This document shows positions 1 to 7,891 of a stretch of 64,000 bases of DNA, piece after piece. The translations under genes were made by a program, and so were the position numbers. This stretch comes from Burkholderiales bacterium (lineage in GTDB: Bacteria > Pseudomonadota > Gammaproteobacteria > Burkholderiales > SG8-41), in assembly GCA_019635015.1 (NCBI GenBank), contig JAHCAG010000005.1, forward strand, positions 10,810 to 74,809, in the 5' to 3' direction. Every line of letters starts with the position of its first letter. Within the stretch, counting starts at the first letter, position 1. The notes under the pieces were generated by a model, which did not search any database, was not told the DNA's origin, and saw only the letters and a list, made by a program, of their open reading frames with translations.

Positions 1-4
1 GCCG

Positions 5-523
5 GTGGAGACGATCGAAGAGCTGCGGGAAGAAATCGACCGCATGGCCGATGTGCCGGGCGACCGGATGCTGCCTGCCCTGAGCGGCAGGGTCGAGCAG
101 ATTGACTGCAGGAGCGGTGTCGAGGATCTGCATGCGCGCATGGCGCTGGAAGTGCGCGGCGGGCAGGTCGCCAGCTTCGCGTATTACAGCAAGCGGCGGC
201 CGCGCACCTGTTCCATGGACATGCGGCGGGATGATCCCTTCATCAAATGGCGCCTGACGCCCGAAGGGGCGACCCGGGTGCAGACGCCGCAGGGACTGTT
301 TCTGATCCGCACTTCGTCCGAGGCCTGGGAGTTCGAGTTTCTGGAGGTTGAACGCCAGAAATTCTGCGGCATGGAAGGTCATATCAACGGCAGGATGATC
401 ATCAAGCGCAGGGTTTCCAATCCGGAATGTTCGGTCACCGGGTTGTTGGATCGTGACGAAGAAGACCTGGCTGATGCCCCGGATCCGGCGCAGGTATTGA
501 CGGTGCAGGGTCTGCGGCGCTGA
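5..523 (+). CDS. hypothetical protein (no family recognised; possibly 5'-truncated by window edge)
   Basis: 172-aa ORF. GTG at nt 5 with the frame still open to the window edge. GC-rich codon usage like its neighbours. No motif I recognise. Confidence 0.4.
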   Translation: METIEELREEIDRMADVPGDRMLPALSGRVEQIDCRSGVEDLHARMALEVRGGQVASFAYYSKRRPRTCSMDMRRDDPFIKWRLTPEGATRVQTPQGLFLIRTSSEAWEFEFLEVERQKFCGMEGHINGRMIIKRRVSNPECSVTGLLDRDEEDLADAPDPAQVLTVQGLRR

Positions 524-621
524 GGTTGCGGGCTCCCGGACTCCGGCCTGCGGCCGTCCTCCGGGCTACGGGGTGGTGAGGGGGCGCGGTATGATGCGCG
601 TCCTTTTATGTCAGGCCGCAC

Positions 622-1830
622 ATGGATTTCGATGTCATCGTAGTGGGCGCGGGTGCCGCCGGCATGATGTGTGCGGCGGTGGCCGGCGCGCGCGGTCGGC
701 GGGTGCTGATCATCGACCACGCGGTAAAGCTCGCTGAAAAAATCCGCATCTCCGGTGGTGGCCGCTGCAATTTCACCAACCGCGAGGTCGGGCCGCGCAA
801 TTTCCTGTCGCGCAATCCGCATTTCTGCCGCTCGGCGCTGGCGCGCTACACGCCGCGCGATTTCATCGCGCTGATCGAGCGCCACGGCATCAGCTACCAC
901 GAGCGCAACCTCGGCCAGCTGTTCTGCGACGACAGCGCGCAGCAGATCATCGCGATGCTGAAGGCCGAGTGTGACGCCGCGGGGGTGCAGTGGGCGATGC
1001 CGGTGACCGTGGAGCGGGTGGCGCGGACGGCGGGGGAGGCGCCGGGTTTCGAGGTGGCGACTTCGCAGGGCAGTTACCGCAGCCGCGCGCTGGTGGTGGC
1101 CACCGGCGGGCTGTCGATCCCGAAAATCGGCGCCACGCCTTTTGGTTATCGCCTCGCCGAACAATTCGGCCTGCCCGTCGTGCCGCCGAAGCCCGCGCTG
1201 GTGCCGCTGGCGCTGCCGCCGGAGTGGCTGGCGCGTTTCGGGGCGCTGTCCGGTTCGTCCTTCGATGCGGTGACCTCCTGCGTGCAGCAGCCGCGCGGTG
1301 AACACTGGCCGTCGTTCCGCGAGGCGGCGCTGGTGACCCATCGCGGCCTCTCGGGGCCGTCCATCCTGCAGGTGTCCTCGTACTGGCAGCTCGGCGGTGC
1401 GCGCGGGCCGGTGGCGCTGGATCTGCTGCCGGAGATCGATGCCGCTGACTGGCTCGATCAGCATCGCCGCGGGCAGCAGGCGCTGGGTGCGGTGCTGGCG
1501 GAACATCTGCCGCGGCGGTTTGCGCTGGGTTTCGCCGAGCTGCACGGCTGGACGCAGCCGCTGGCGCAGCTGTCGAAAGCGGTGCTCGCGGAAATCGCGC
1601 AGACGCTGAAGGGCTGGCCGATCCAGCCCTCGGGCACGCTGGGTTATGCCAAGGCCGAGGTCACACTGGGCGGCGTGGACACCGATGCGCTGTCGCAGCA
1701 GACGCTGGAGGCGCGCAGCGTGCCGGGACTGCATTTCATCGGCGAGGTGGTCGACGTCACCGGCTGGCTCGGCGGCTACAACTTCCAGTGGGCCTGGGCG
1801 TCGGGGCAGGCGGCGGGGAACGCGGTGTAG
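622..1830 (+). CDS. NAD(P)/FAD-dependent oxidoreductase, YhiN/BaiN (HI0933-like) flavoprotein family
   Basis: 402 aa. N-terminal dinucleotide fold DVIVVGAGAAGMMCA, then KIRISGGGRCNFTN and C-terminal FIGEVVDVTGWLGGYNFQWAWASG, as typical of this family. Confidence 0.85.
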   Translation: MDFDVIVVGAGAAGMMCAAVAGARGRRVLIIDHAVKLAEKIRISGGGRCNFTNREVGPRNFLSRNPHFCRSALARYTPRDFIALIERHGISYHERNLGQLFCDDSAQQIIAMLKAECDAAGVQWAMPVTVERVARTAGEAPGFEVATSQGSYRSRALVVATGGLSIPKIGATPFGYRLAEQFGLPVVPPKPALVPLALPPEWLARFGALSGSSFDAVTSCVQQPRGEHWPSFREAALVTHRGLSGPSILQVSSYWQLGGARGPVALDLLPEIDAADWLDQHRRGQQALGAVLAEHLPRRFALGFAELHGWTQPLAQLSKAVLAEIAQTLKGWPIQPSGTLGYAKAEVTLGGVDTDALSQQTLEARSVPGLHFIGEVVDVTGWLGGYNFQWAWASGQAAGNAV

Positions 1831-1850
1831 GGCGAACGCGTAAAACTTCA

Positions 1851-1875
1851 ATATTAATAATGACTTGCTTGCATT
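1851..1875 (+). repeat. AT-rich box copy M1 (weaker: atattaataatgacttgcttgcatt)
   Basis: Intergenic. Shares ATATTAATAA with M3 and TTGCAT with M6, but the spacer is 2 nt shorter. Confidence 0.4.
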
Positions 1876-2015
1876 TCCTCCAGTAAAGGAGTACTTTCCC
1901 GCCCAGTTCATCGGCGGGAGTCCTCATCGTTAGTTTCAACCTGACATGGCGCGGCATCCTGGCAGCGGTCCTGCTGCCGGTCGCGTCGTCGGCCATTGCG
2001 GCGGAGTGGGGCCGG

Positions 2016-2786
2016 ATGGTGCTGCTGTCTTCTCCGGGCGAGCCGCTGCGCGCGGAAATCGAAGTGTCCGCCCCCTACCACAAGTCTGAAATTCCGGTGC
2101 TGCAGCTCGCGTCGGCCGAGGCCTATGCGCGCGCCGGCCTGCAGTACGACGCCGTGCTTGATGCGGCGCGCCTGCGGTTTGACCTGCGTGCCGACGGGCG
2201 TCCCTATTACGCCTTGCAATCGGCGCGGCCGCTTGCCGCGTCGCAGGTTGCGCTGCTGGTTGAACGCGTGGCGCCGGGGCCGCTGTCGCAACGTGCCTAT
2301 GTGCTGCAGATCGGTGGTACGGCGGATCGCGGCGCGGTGTTCGCGCCGGTTGAGCCGCGCAAACCGGCTGTGCCGCGTGTTGCTGCCACTGCGGACGATG
2401 CGCGCTGGCTGCGCGAGGTCGAGCGCCTGCAGGTGCAGGTCGATGCGCAGGGGCGGGCGCTGGCCGGCATGCTCGAACGTGTGGCTGCAATGGAATCGGC
2501 GGTGGCGGCATTGCAGCGCGGACTGGAAGCGCGGAGCAGTGCGGCCGCTGCGGCACCATCACCTGCCCCCGTCGCGGAGAAGCCGCCCGTTCCAGCACCG
2601 GCACCGGCGGCGGCATTGCCGCCCGCAGTGAGCGAGCGCACGGAACGCCAGGCCCTGTCGGCGTCCTGGGTCAATCACAGCCTGCTGCTGCTCGCTGCGG
2701 GTGTGCTGGTCCTGCTGCTGGGCATCGGCGGCTGGATGCTCTGGGGACCGCTTTCACGGGACGTGAAGGCGCCCGCGGCGCAGTAA
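2016..2786 (+). CDS. FimV N-terminal-domain-like membrane protein (short form)
   Basis: SSPGEPLRAEIEV motif typical of the FimV N-terminal domain, a central coiled-coil, Ala/Pro-rich linker and C-terminal TM helix. An in-frame signal-peptide-like stretch (WRGILAAVLLPVASSAIA) lies upstream of the tracked ATG, so the true start is probably near 1941 (see finding). Confidence 0.6.
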   Translation: MVLLSSPGEPLRAEIEVSAPYHKSEIPVLQLASAEAYARAGLQYDAVLDAARLRFDLRADGRPYYALQSARPLAASQVALLVERVAPGPLSQRAYVLQIGGTADRGAVFAPVEPRKPAVPRVAATADDARWLREVERLQVQVDAQGRALAGMLERVAAMESAVAALQRGLEARSSAAAAAPSPAPVAEKPPVPAPAPAAALPPAVSERTERQALSASWVNHSLLLLAAGVLVLLLGIGGWMLWGPLSRDVKAPAAQ

Positions 2787-2992
2787 TGCTTCTGCGCGCG
2801 CTGATTTAGCCGTTTTCCGGCGTTTTTCCGGCGTTTTGCGCCATTTTGGGCGCTATTTTCGCCCCTGCAAGTCTCGCGCAAGTCCTCCGCAAGCACTGCG
2901 CAAGAGCCCTCTGTAACCATCACGATCACCAGATCGCCCGCCGCTGCTGCGGCGCGGTGCCCTGCCTTTTGTTTTTTCTGGAGGAGTTCGTG

Positions 2993-3181
2993 ATGAAAAC
3001 AATTATTCCTGCGATCGGTTTGGCCCTGCTCTCGCTGTCAGCCTGGGCCGATGAAGTAGCGATTCCCGCGCCGGAAGAAGTCAGCCCGACGGCAATGATC
3101 GTGGTGGTGTTGCTGATGGTGGCGATGGTCGGCGGTTTTATTGCCTTCACGGTGTTGAAGGACCGCAAGAAAGACAAGTGA
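2993..3181 (+). CDS. small secreted/membrane protein (signal peptide + one TM helix)
   Basis: Internal ATG at 2993 preceded by GGAGGAG (2979-2985). 62 aa: MKTIIPAIGLALLSLSAWA signal, hydrophobic MIVVVLLMVAMVGGFIAFTVL, basic tail. The upstream part of tracked ORF 2846..3181 is not protein-like. Confidence 0.5.
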   Translation: MKTIIPAIGLALLSLSAWADEVAIPAPEEVSPTAMIVVVLLMVAMVGGFIAFTVLKDRKKDK

Positions 3182-3329
3182 TGCGGCACCTGATGTGACC
3201 GCTCCAGCGCGCGCATGGCGGCGCAGGGTATTCCCTCCCTCCCTGCACCCTGGGCCGCCGGGGAATGCGCGCGTGAAGACGGGGAAGGGGCGCAATGGAA
3301 CAGGCAGGCCCCTTCCCCTGAAGGTGTAA

Positions 3330-3350
3330 CATAACTATTTGATTTTATTG
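3330..3350 (-). repeat. AT-rich box copy M2 (minus strand: CAATAAAATCAAATAGTTATG)
   Basis: Between convergent genes. Contains an exact WATCAANNNNTTR match (AATCAAATAGTTA). Confidence 0.65.
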
Positions 3351-3386
3351 AAAAAATAAACCCGGCGCACCAAGGGCCGGGTTTAT
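3345..3386 (-). terminator. rho-independent terminator downstream of the alpha-hydroxy-acid dehydrogenase gene
   Basis: Stem aaacccggc (3358-3366) / gccgggttt (3377-3385). On the minus strand it is followed by a U-run (plus-strand aaaaaataaa 3351-3360). Confidence 0.6.
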
Positions 3387-3433
3387 CGGATGCCGGCGCA
3401 AGGCCGGCATGACGGTGGGGCTGATACGGCGGT

Positions 3434-4663
3434 TTACGACTCCGCAGCCTTGCCTTCGACGACGCGCAGTTGCGGGCGCTCTTTCGGTGCGCGCAGTTCG
3501 TGTTTGTCGGCAAACAGCAGGCACTGCGGGCCGATGTCGGCGATGGTGTTGCAGGCAAGGAGCGCCATGTTGCGGTGGATTTCGTCGCGGTAGATCTGCA
3601 GCGCGCGCGCCGCACCGGCTTCTCCTCCCGCCGCTACGCCATACAGCGTCGAGCGGCCGACCATGACGGCATTCGCGCCGAGTGCCAGTGCCTTGACGAC
3701 GTCACTGCCGCGGCGGATGCCGCTGTCCATGAAGATGGTCGCGCGTTTGCCCACCGCATCGACGATTTCCGGCAGCACTTCGATCGGCGAGACGATGCCG
3801 TCGAGATTGCGTCCGCCGTGGTTGGAGACGTCAATGCCGTCGGCGCCGTGGTCCACCGCGGTGATCGCGTCCTGCGGGTCGAGGATGCCCTTGACGATCA
3901 GCTTGCCCGGCCAGATCTTGCGCAGCGCATCGAGGTCGGCCCAGCTGATCGAATCGGTGCGCAGGCTGGCGCGTCCGGGCGGGCCCTTGGTCATTTTTGC
4001 CTTGGCGGCTGCCGGGTAGTTGGCATACATCGGCATGCCGGTGGTCATCAGGTAGCGGCCCATCACGCCCATCAGCCAGCGCGGGTGCGTCGCCATGTCC
4101 CACATGTTGCGGGCGTTGAAGCTGAAGGGCAGGGTGAAGCCGTTGCGCAGGTTGTATTCGCGGTTGCCGGCGGACACGCCGTCGACGGTGACCACCAGCG
4201 TCTTGTAGCCGGCGGCCTTGGCGCGGTTGACCAGTTCATGCGACATCGAGCGGTCCGGCCACAGGTAGAGCTGGAACCAGAGGTCGCCGCCGGCTTCGTC
4301 GGCGACGCGCTCCATCGCGGTGATCGAGCCGGTGGCGAGCGTGAAGGGGATGCCGGCGGCGCGCGCGGCCTTGGCGAGCTTGATCTCGCCTTCGTGCCAC
4401 AGCAGGCCGGCGACGCCGGTGGGGGCGATCACCAGCGGCATCTTGTACTTGGTGCCGAAGATCTCGGTTTCCTGCGAACGCTTGGAGACATCGACAAAGG
4501 TGCGGGTGCGGAAGCGGATGCGGTCAAACACTTCACGGTTGTTGCGCAGCGCGACTTCGTCTTCGGTGCCGCGGTCGACGAATTCGAAGAAGCCGCGCGG
4601 CACGCGTTTCATCGCGATCTTGCGCAGGTCGAATATGTTGTAGGCCTTCAGGTTGTCGCTCAT
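3434..4663 (-). CDS. FMN-dependent alpha-hydroxy-acid dehydrogenase/oxidase (LldD / mandelate dehydrogenase family)
   Basis: 409 aa. Family-typical N-terminus (FDLRKIAMKRVPRGFFEFVDRGTEDEVALRNNREVFDRI), PLVIAPTG, DGIDVSNHGGRNLDG and GRSTLYG motifs. Confidence 0.85.
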   Translation of the reverse strand: MSDNLKAYNIFDLRKIAMKRVPRGFFEFVDRGTEDEVALRNNREVFDRIRFRTRTFVDVSKRSQETEIFGTKYKMPLVIAPTGVAGLLWHEGEIKLAKAARAAGIPFTLATGSITAMERVADEAGGDLWFQLYLWPDRSMSHELVNRAKAAGYKTLVVTVDGVSAGNREYNLRNGFTLPFSFNARNMWDMATHPRWLMGVMGRYLMTTGMPMYANYPAAAKAKMTKGPPGRASLRTDSISWADLDALRKIWPGKLIVKGILDPQDAITAVDHGADGIDVSNHGGRNLDGIVSPIEVLPEIVDAVGKRATIFMDSGIRRGSDVVKALALGANAVMVGRSTLYGVAAGGEAGAARALQIYRDEIHRNMALLACNTIADIGPQCLLFADKHELRAPKERPQLRVVEGKAAES

Positions 4664-4896
4664 GGTGTTTTTCCCGGTATCTGGCGGTTGATTGCGGGCG
4701 CGGGGCGCCAGTTGTGCATTGTGGACGTTTTGCGGCTTGTAGCCCGCAGCTGATGCCCGAAAATACCGCGAACAGGCCCCCTGTGGCTAGTGCCCGCGCG
4801 ACCGGGACACCGCAGTCCGTCATCTGGTCCGGCGCGGCCGATTGCTGGCATACTCATCCGGGCAAATTGACGTTAAATCACGGGAGTCACAGTCAA

Positions 4897-5328
4897 ATGA
4901 AGGTTCTGGTCATCCACGGCGCCGGCCTCAACATGCGCGGCAAGGTGCAGCTCGATGTGTTCGGGCCGCTGACGCTGGCGCAGTACGAGGAGCACATCCG
5001 CGGCTACGCGAAGGATCTCGGCATCGAGGTCTCGTTTTTCCATTCCAACATCGAGGGCGAGGTGGTCAATGCGCTGTATGCCGCCTTCGACAGCGACATC
5101 GCCGGCTGCGTGATCAATCCCGGCGGTTACACGACGGTCACCGGCCCGCTGCGCGCGGCCGTGGCGCAGATGAAATTCCCGGTGATCGAAGTGCACCTCA
5201 GCAACCCGACCGCGCGTGGCACGGTGTCAGTGTTCCAGCCGGTGTGCAAGGCCTCGGTCTACGGCCTGGGCGTCGAGAGTTACAAACACGCACTGGCGGG
5301 GTTGAAGCTGCTGGTCAACAGGAAATAG
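4897..5328 (+). CDS. type II 3-dehydroquinate dehydratase-fold protein, divergent paralogue
   Basis: ATG 4897 with GGGAG 11 nt upstream. 143 aa aligning by eye to AroQ (IEVHLSN, INPGGYT, SNIEGE), but several catalytic positions are substituted (see finding). Confidence 0.7.
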   Translation: MKVLVIHGAGLNMRGKVQLDVFGPLTLAQYEEHIRGYAKDLGIEVSFFHSNIEGEVVNALYAAFDSDIAGCVINPGGYTTVTGPLRAAVAQMKFPVIEVHLSNPTARGTVSVFQPVCKASVYGLGVESYKHALAGLKLLVNRK

Positions 5329-5388
5329 TCAAACCGCGGCGCTCATTCGGGCGGGCGCCGGAATCCGGGCGCTGCCGACCCTGCCGGT

Positions 5389-5757
5389 TCAGTCGCGTTT
5401 CTTTTTCGCTTCGAGCTGCGCCTTCAGATCGGCGAAGGGATTGTGTGTCGCCGCCGGCAATTCCTTAGCGCTGTCGCTGCGTCCCGCCATGTCCTTGAGC
5501 TTGGAGTGTTCATGCTCATGGCAGTAAGTGCATAACAATTCCCAGTTGCTGCCGTCCGGCGGATTGTCTTCGTGATTGCCGTTCTTGTGATGGACTTCGA
5601 GCAGCTGCAGGTTGGCATGCGTGAAAGTGCGCGCGCAGCGCCCGCAAACCCAGGGATACATCTTGAGTGCCCGATCGCGGTAACCCGCAGCGCGGCGGTC
5701 AGCGTTGCGCCGCGCTTCGAGGATCACCTTGTCCAGGCGGTCATTGCTGGAGGTCAT
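5389..5757 (-). CDS. yajD: HNH nuclease YajD family
   Basis: 122 aa. YRDRALKMYPWVCGRCA ... VHHKNGNHEDNPPDGSNWELLCTYCHEHEHSK ... NPFADLK closely matches my recollection of E. coli YajD. Confidence 0.85.
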   Translation of the reverse strand: MTSSNDRLDKVILEARRNADRRAAGYRDRALKMYPWVCGRCARTFTHANLQLLEVHHKNGNHEDNPPDGSNWELLCTYCHEHEHSKLKDMAGRSDSAKELPAATHNPFADLKAQLEAKKKRD

Positions 5758-5806
5758 GGGCGGGATGATAACGCTGAAGGGCTGGCGTTCTGAAGGTAAG
5801 GTCGAG

Positions 5807-6229
5807 TCATCTTTTTTTTGCTGCGCGTATGGCGGCCGCAGCCCGACGCATCAGGCTCGGGTGCATTAGGCCGAGTTTGGGTGTCTGGCCGTGCGGTGCG
5901 CCGGGCGCTACTGCAAACCACAGCTCGTTGAAATCAAGTTCGAAGGTTTCCCCGAGATTAAATTTGGTCGGGTAGCTCAAGCCCGCAGCAGTGAACGCGG
6001 CGTCATCGACGGGGGTGATGGCGAATTCTCCAGCGTAGAGCTGATCCGTTTTCTGGCTGGTGCCGTAACACACCTCGACAACAGTGTGCCCTGCATGCTC
6101 GCCCACGCGCAGGACCAGCGCCGGACGCGGCTTGGGGCCGGGGCCGGGCAGGCCCCGCTGCGGGAACCGGCACCACACGATGTCGCCGACGCGCGGGGCG
6201 GCAAACCAGCGTGGCGCCGGTGATGCCAT
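5807..6229 (-). CDS. PemK/MazF-like type II toxin
   Basis: 140 aa. GDIVWCRFP...PKPRPALVL is the characteristic N-terminal MazF/PemK SH3-like signature. Its start overlaps the upstream ORF's stop by 1 nt (TGATG). Confidence 0.7.
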   Translation of the reverse strand: MASPAPRWFAAPRVGDIVWCRFPQRGLPGPGPKPRPALVLRVGEHAGHTVVEVCYGTSQKTDQLYAGEFAITPVDDAAFTAAGLSYPTKFNLGETFELDFNELWFAVAPGAPHGQTPKLGLMHPSLMRRAAAAIRAAKKR

Positions 6230-6549
6230 CAGAACAGGCTTTCTTTGACCGTCATGCGCCCCGAGGGCTGCATTTCGTGGATGGCTTCCTGTTGTTTCGC
6301 GGTGAGCGGGCCGGTATCCGCCTCATAACGCGGCAGGTTCTGCCGCGCGAAATGGGCGAGGGCGGCGTGGATGACCTGGGTTTCGGTGAGTCCCAGGGTT
6401 TTGGCGAGCTGGCTGGCGGTTTTTCGGGTGACACCGTACGGCGTGTCGGCATCGCGGTAGCGCAGCAGGATGCCCTCGGTGGCCGCTGGCTTGCCCCCCA
6501 AGGGGATTTCCTTCGCGGCGCGGCGGGATGCACTGGGTTTGTTGGGCAT
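6229..6549 (-). CDS. putative cognate antitoxin (RHH-like C-terminal region)
   Basis: 106 aa from ATG 6549 (MPNKPSAS...). TETQVIHAALAHFA resembles an RHH/CopG helix. Translationally coupled to the toxin. The tracked start at 6603 would read through the AT-rich operator repeats, so I prefer 6549. Confidence 0.5.
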   Translation of the reverse strand: MPNKPSASRRAAKEIPLGGKPAATEGILLRYRDADTPYGVTRKTASQLAKTLGLTETQVIHAALAHFARQNLPRYEADTGPLTAKQQEAIHEMQPSGRMTVKESLF

Positions 6550-6580
6550 GAGCGGGATTCCGGAGATGGGTTCAATTAAA

Positions 6581-6614
6581 GATATCATAATGATATCAAT
6601 CATTCAATGATATC
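6581..6614 (-). promoter_or_regulatory. three (T)GATATC(A) palindromic boxes upstream of the antitoxin-toxin operon (putative operator)
   Basis: GATATC at 6581-6586, 6592-6597 and 6609-6614, in an AT-rich patch immediately 5' of the minus-strand TA operon. Confidence 0.45.
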
Positions 6615-6693
6615 GGGGCCGGGCTCAATTGATTTTCATGAACTGCAGTCTGCCTCGAGGGAGGTGAGGCTATGCCGCGCCTTCGGCAAGACG
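6607..6693 (+). repeat. copy A of an imperfect ~90-nt direct repeat (partner at 8032-8128)
   Basis: Hand alignment: atgatat(c)gggg.cgg.gc.caatt.att.tca.ga...gcagtctgcc......aggtgaggc.atgc..cgcc...tcggc.aagacg is shared with copy B. Roughly three quarters identical, with short indels. Confidence 0.55.
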
Positions 6694-6932
6694 AACCTTT
6701 TGATTGCCGACCACCCGCTCTGTCAGGCGCTGGGAGTGGAGCGGTTCAAGGATGAAGTTGAAGCCGCTGTTGTGCGCTCGGTGCAGGCAGGTCGGGGCGA
6801 CGCAGTGCCAAAAGCGTCGGACCTCAAGTTCTGCGTTAAGAAGGGTAGTGGTATCGGTCGGACTTCAACGGCGCAGGCCAGGTGTGGCTGGCAGCGCCAT
6901 TCGCCATTTCAGCCATAATTGACTATACTGAT

Positions 6933-6944
6933 TGCCAATTGGCA
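6933..6944. promoter_or_regulatory. perfect 12-bp palindrome TGCCAATTGGCA just upstream of the Xre/ParS antitoxin gene (putative operator)
   Basis: tgccaattggca at 6933-6944, 11-17 nt upstream of the candidate start codons 6955/6961. TTGACT (6919-6924) lies just upstream. Confidence 0.35.
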
Positions 6945-6954
6945 GAAATAGAGA

Positions 6955-7419
6955 ATGATCATGGCAAATGTCGTGGTGAGTGCACCTGAATCGTTTCGCA
7001 ACATCGAGACCCTTCTTGGAGGACGAGGCGTGCTGCGCGCCACGCCGCGCTCAACGCAGGATTGGATCGGCGTAATCCGGCGCGGCATTCCGGCCGGTGC
7101 CGTCGAGGCATTGAAAAAAAACATCGAGGTGTCTCATGCCGAACTCGCGCGGGCACTGGGCATTCCGGAGCGGACTCTGGCGCGTCGTAAGCGCGAAGGC
7201 ATCCTGAGCAGCGATGAATCCGCCAAGCTTTGGCGCCTTGCACGGGCGGTAGGACGGGCCAATGAGGTGTTTGAGGATCCTGCAGCCGCGCTGCACTGGC
7301 TCAAGGCGCCCAATGCGGCCTTGTCGGGTGCCAGTCCATTGAGCATTATTGACACCGAGATCGGCGCCGAGAGCGTACTCGATACGCTGGGGCGCATCGA
7401 ACACGGGGTTTACGCCTAG
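6955..7419 (+). CDS. type II antitoxin, Xre-like with DUF2384 toxin-binding domain (ParS/MbcA family)
   Basis: 154 aa. HTH region SHAELARALGIPERTLARRKREG, then C-terminal LHWLKAPNAALSGASPLSIIDTEIGAESVLDTLGRIEHGVYA, typical of DUF2384. The start may be ATG 6961. Confidence 0.85.
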   Translation: MIMANVVVSAPESFRNIETLLGGRGVLRATPRSTQDWIGVIRRGIPAGAVEALKKNIEVSHAELARALGIPERTLARRKREGILSSDESAKLWRLARAVGRANEVFEDPAAALHWLKAPNAALSGASPLSIIDTEIGAESVLDTLGRIEHGVYA

Positions 7420-7427
7420 CCCGCCCG

Positions 7428-7889
7428 ATGCTGATCGTCTGGCGGGTGGTGACCGTACGTTTCGCAAAATCGGCGTTTTCCGGGGAGGGCGCGCGGTTGT
7501 ATGGCGGGCGCTGGAACCGCAAGGGCGTTCCACTGGTGTACACATCGGGCAGCCAGTCCCTGGCCATGCTGGAGATGTTGGTTCAGGACGAACCGTTGCG
7601 CGCACGTTACGTCATGATCGACGTGCGCATTCCCAAGGCAGTCACCATTGATCGCATCAGGGTCGATGACCTGCCTGCGGACTGGCGGGACGTCGCTGCC
7701 CGCGAAAAGCTTCAGATGATCGGTACGCAATGGGCTGTCAGGCAGGGTGCTGCGGTACTGGCCGTGCCGAGCGCCGTTGTCCCTTCAGAGACCAACTATC
7801 TGCTCAATCCGCTGCATCCGGATTTCCGCAAGATCAGGACTGGCCGGCCTCAAAAGGTGATGACTGATCCGCGGCTGCTCTTGACGTGA
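7428..7889 (+). CDS. RES-domain toxin (ParT/MbcT family, NAD+-targeting)
   Basis: 153 aa. GEGARLYGGRWNRKGVPLVYTSGSQSLAMLE and VPSAVVPSETNYLLNP carry the R-E-S signature residues. Sits 8 nt downstream of the Xre/DUF2384 gene. Confidence 0.85.
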   Translation: MLIVWRVVTVRFAKSAFSGEGARLYGGRWNRKGVPLVYTSGSQSLAMLEMLVQDEPLRARYVMIDVRIPKAVTIDRIRVDDLPADWRDVAAREKLQMIGTQWAVRQGAAVLAVPSAVVPSETNYLLNPLHPDFRKIRTGRPQKVMTDPRLLLT

Positions 7890-7891
7890 GC

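Noticed and set aside
379-1911. 510-aa minus-strand ORF covering the whole YhiN-like gene.
   Set aside because: It is an Arg/Pro/His-rich low-complexity translation, exactly antisense to a gene with clear family motifs. This is a typical shadow ORF of high-GC DNA.
3470-4753. 427-aa plus-strand ORF antisense to the alpha-hydroxy-acid dehydrogenase gene.
   Set aside because: Same reasoning: no recognisable motifs, Ala/Gly/Arg/Asp-rich, fully overlapped by a well-supported gene on the other strand.
6607-6918. 103-aa ORF between the two TA operons.
   Set aside because: Its first ~30 codons coincide with repeat copy A. The counterpart copy B differs by frame-breaking indels, and substitutions are not concentrated at third codon positions. 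There is no SD and no motif, so it is probably not a gene.
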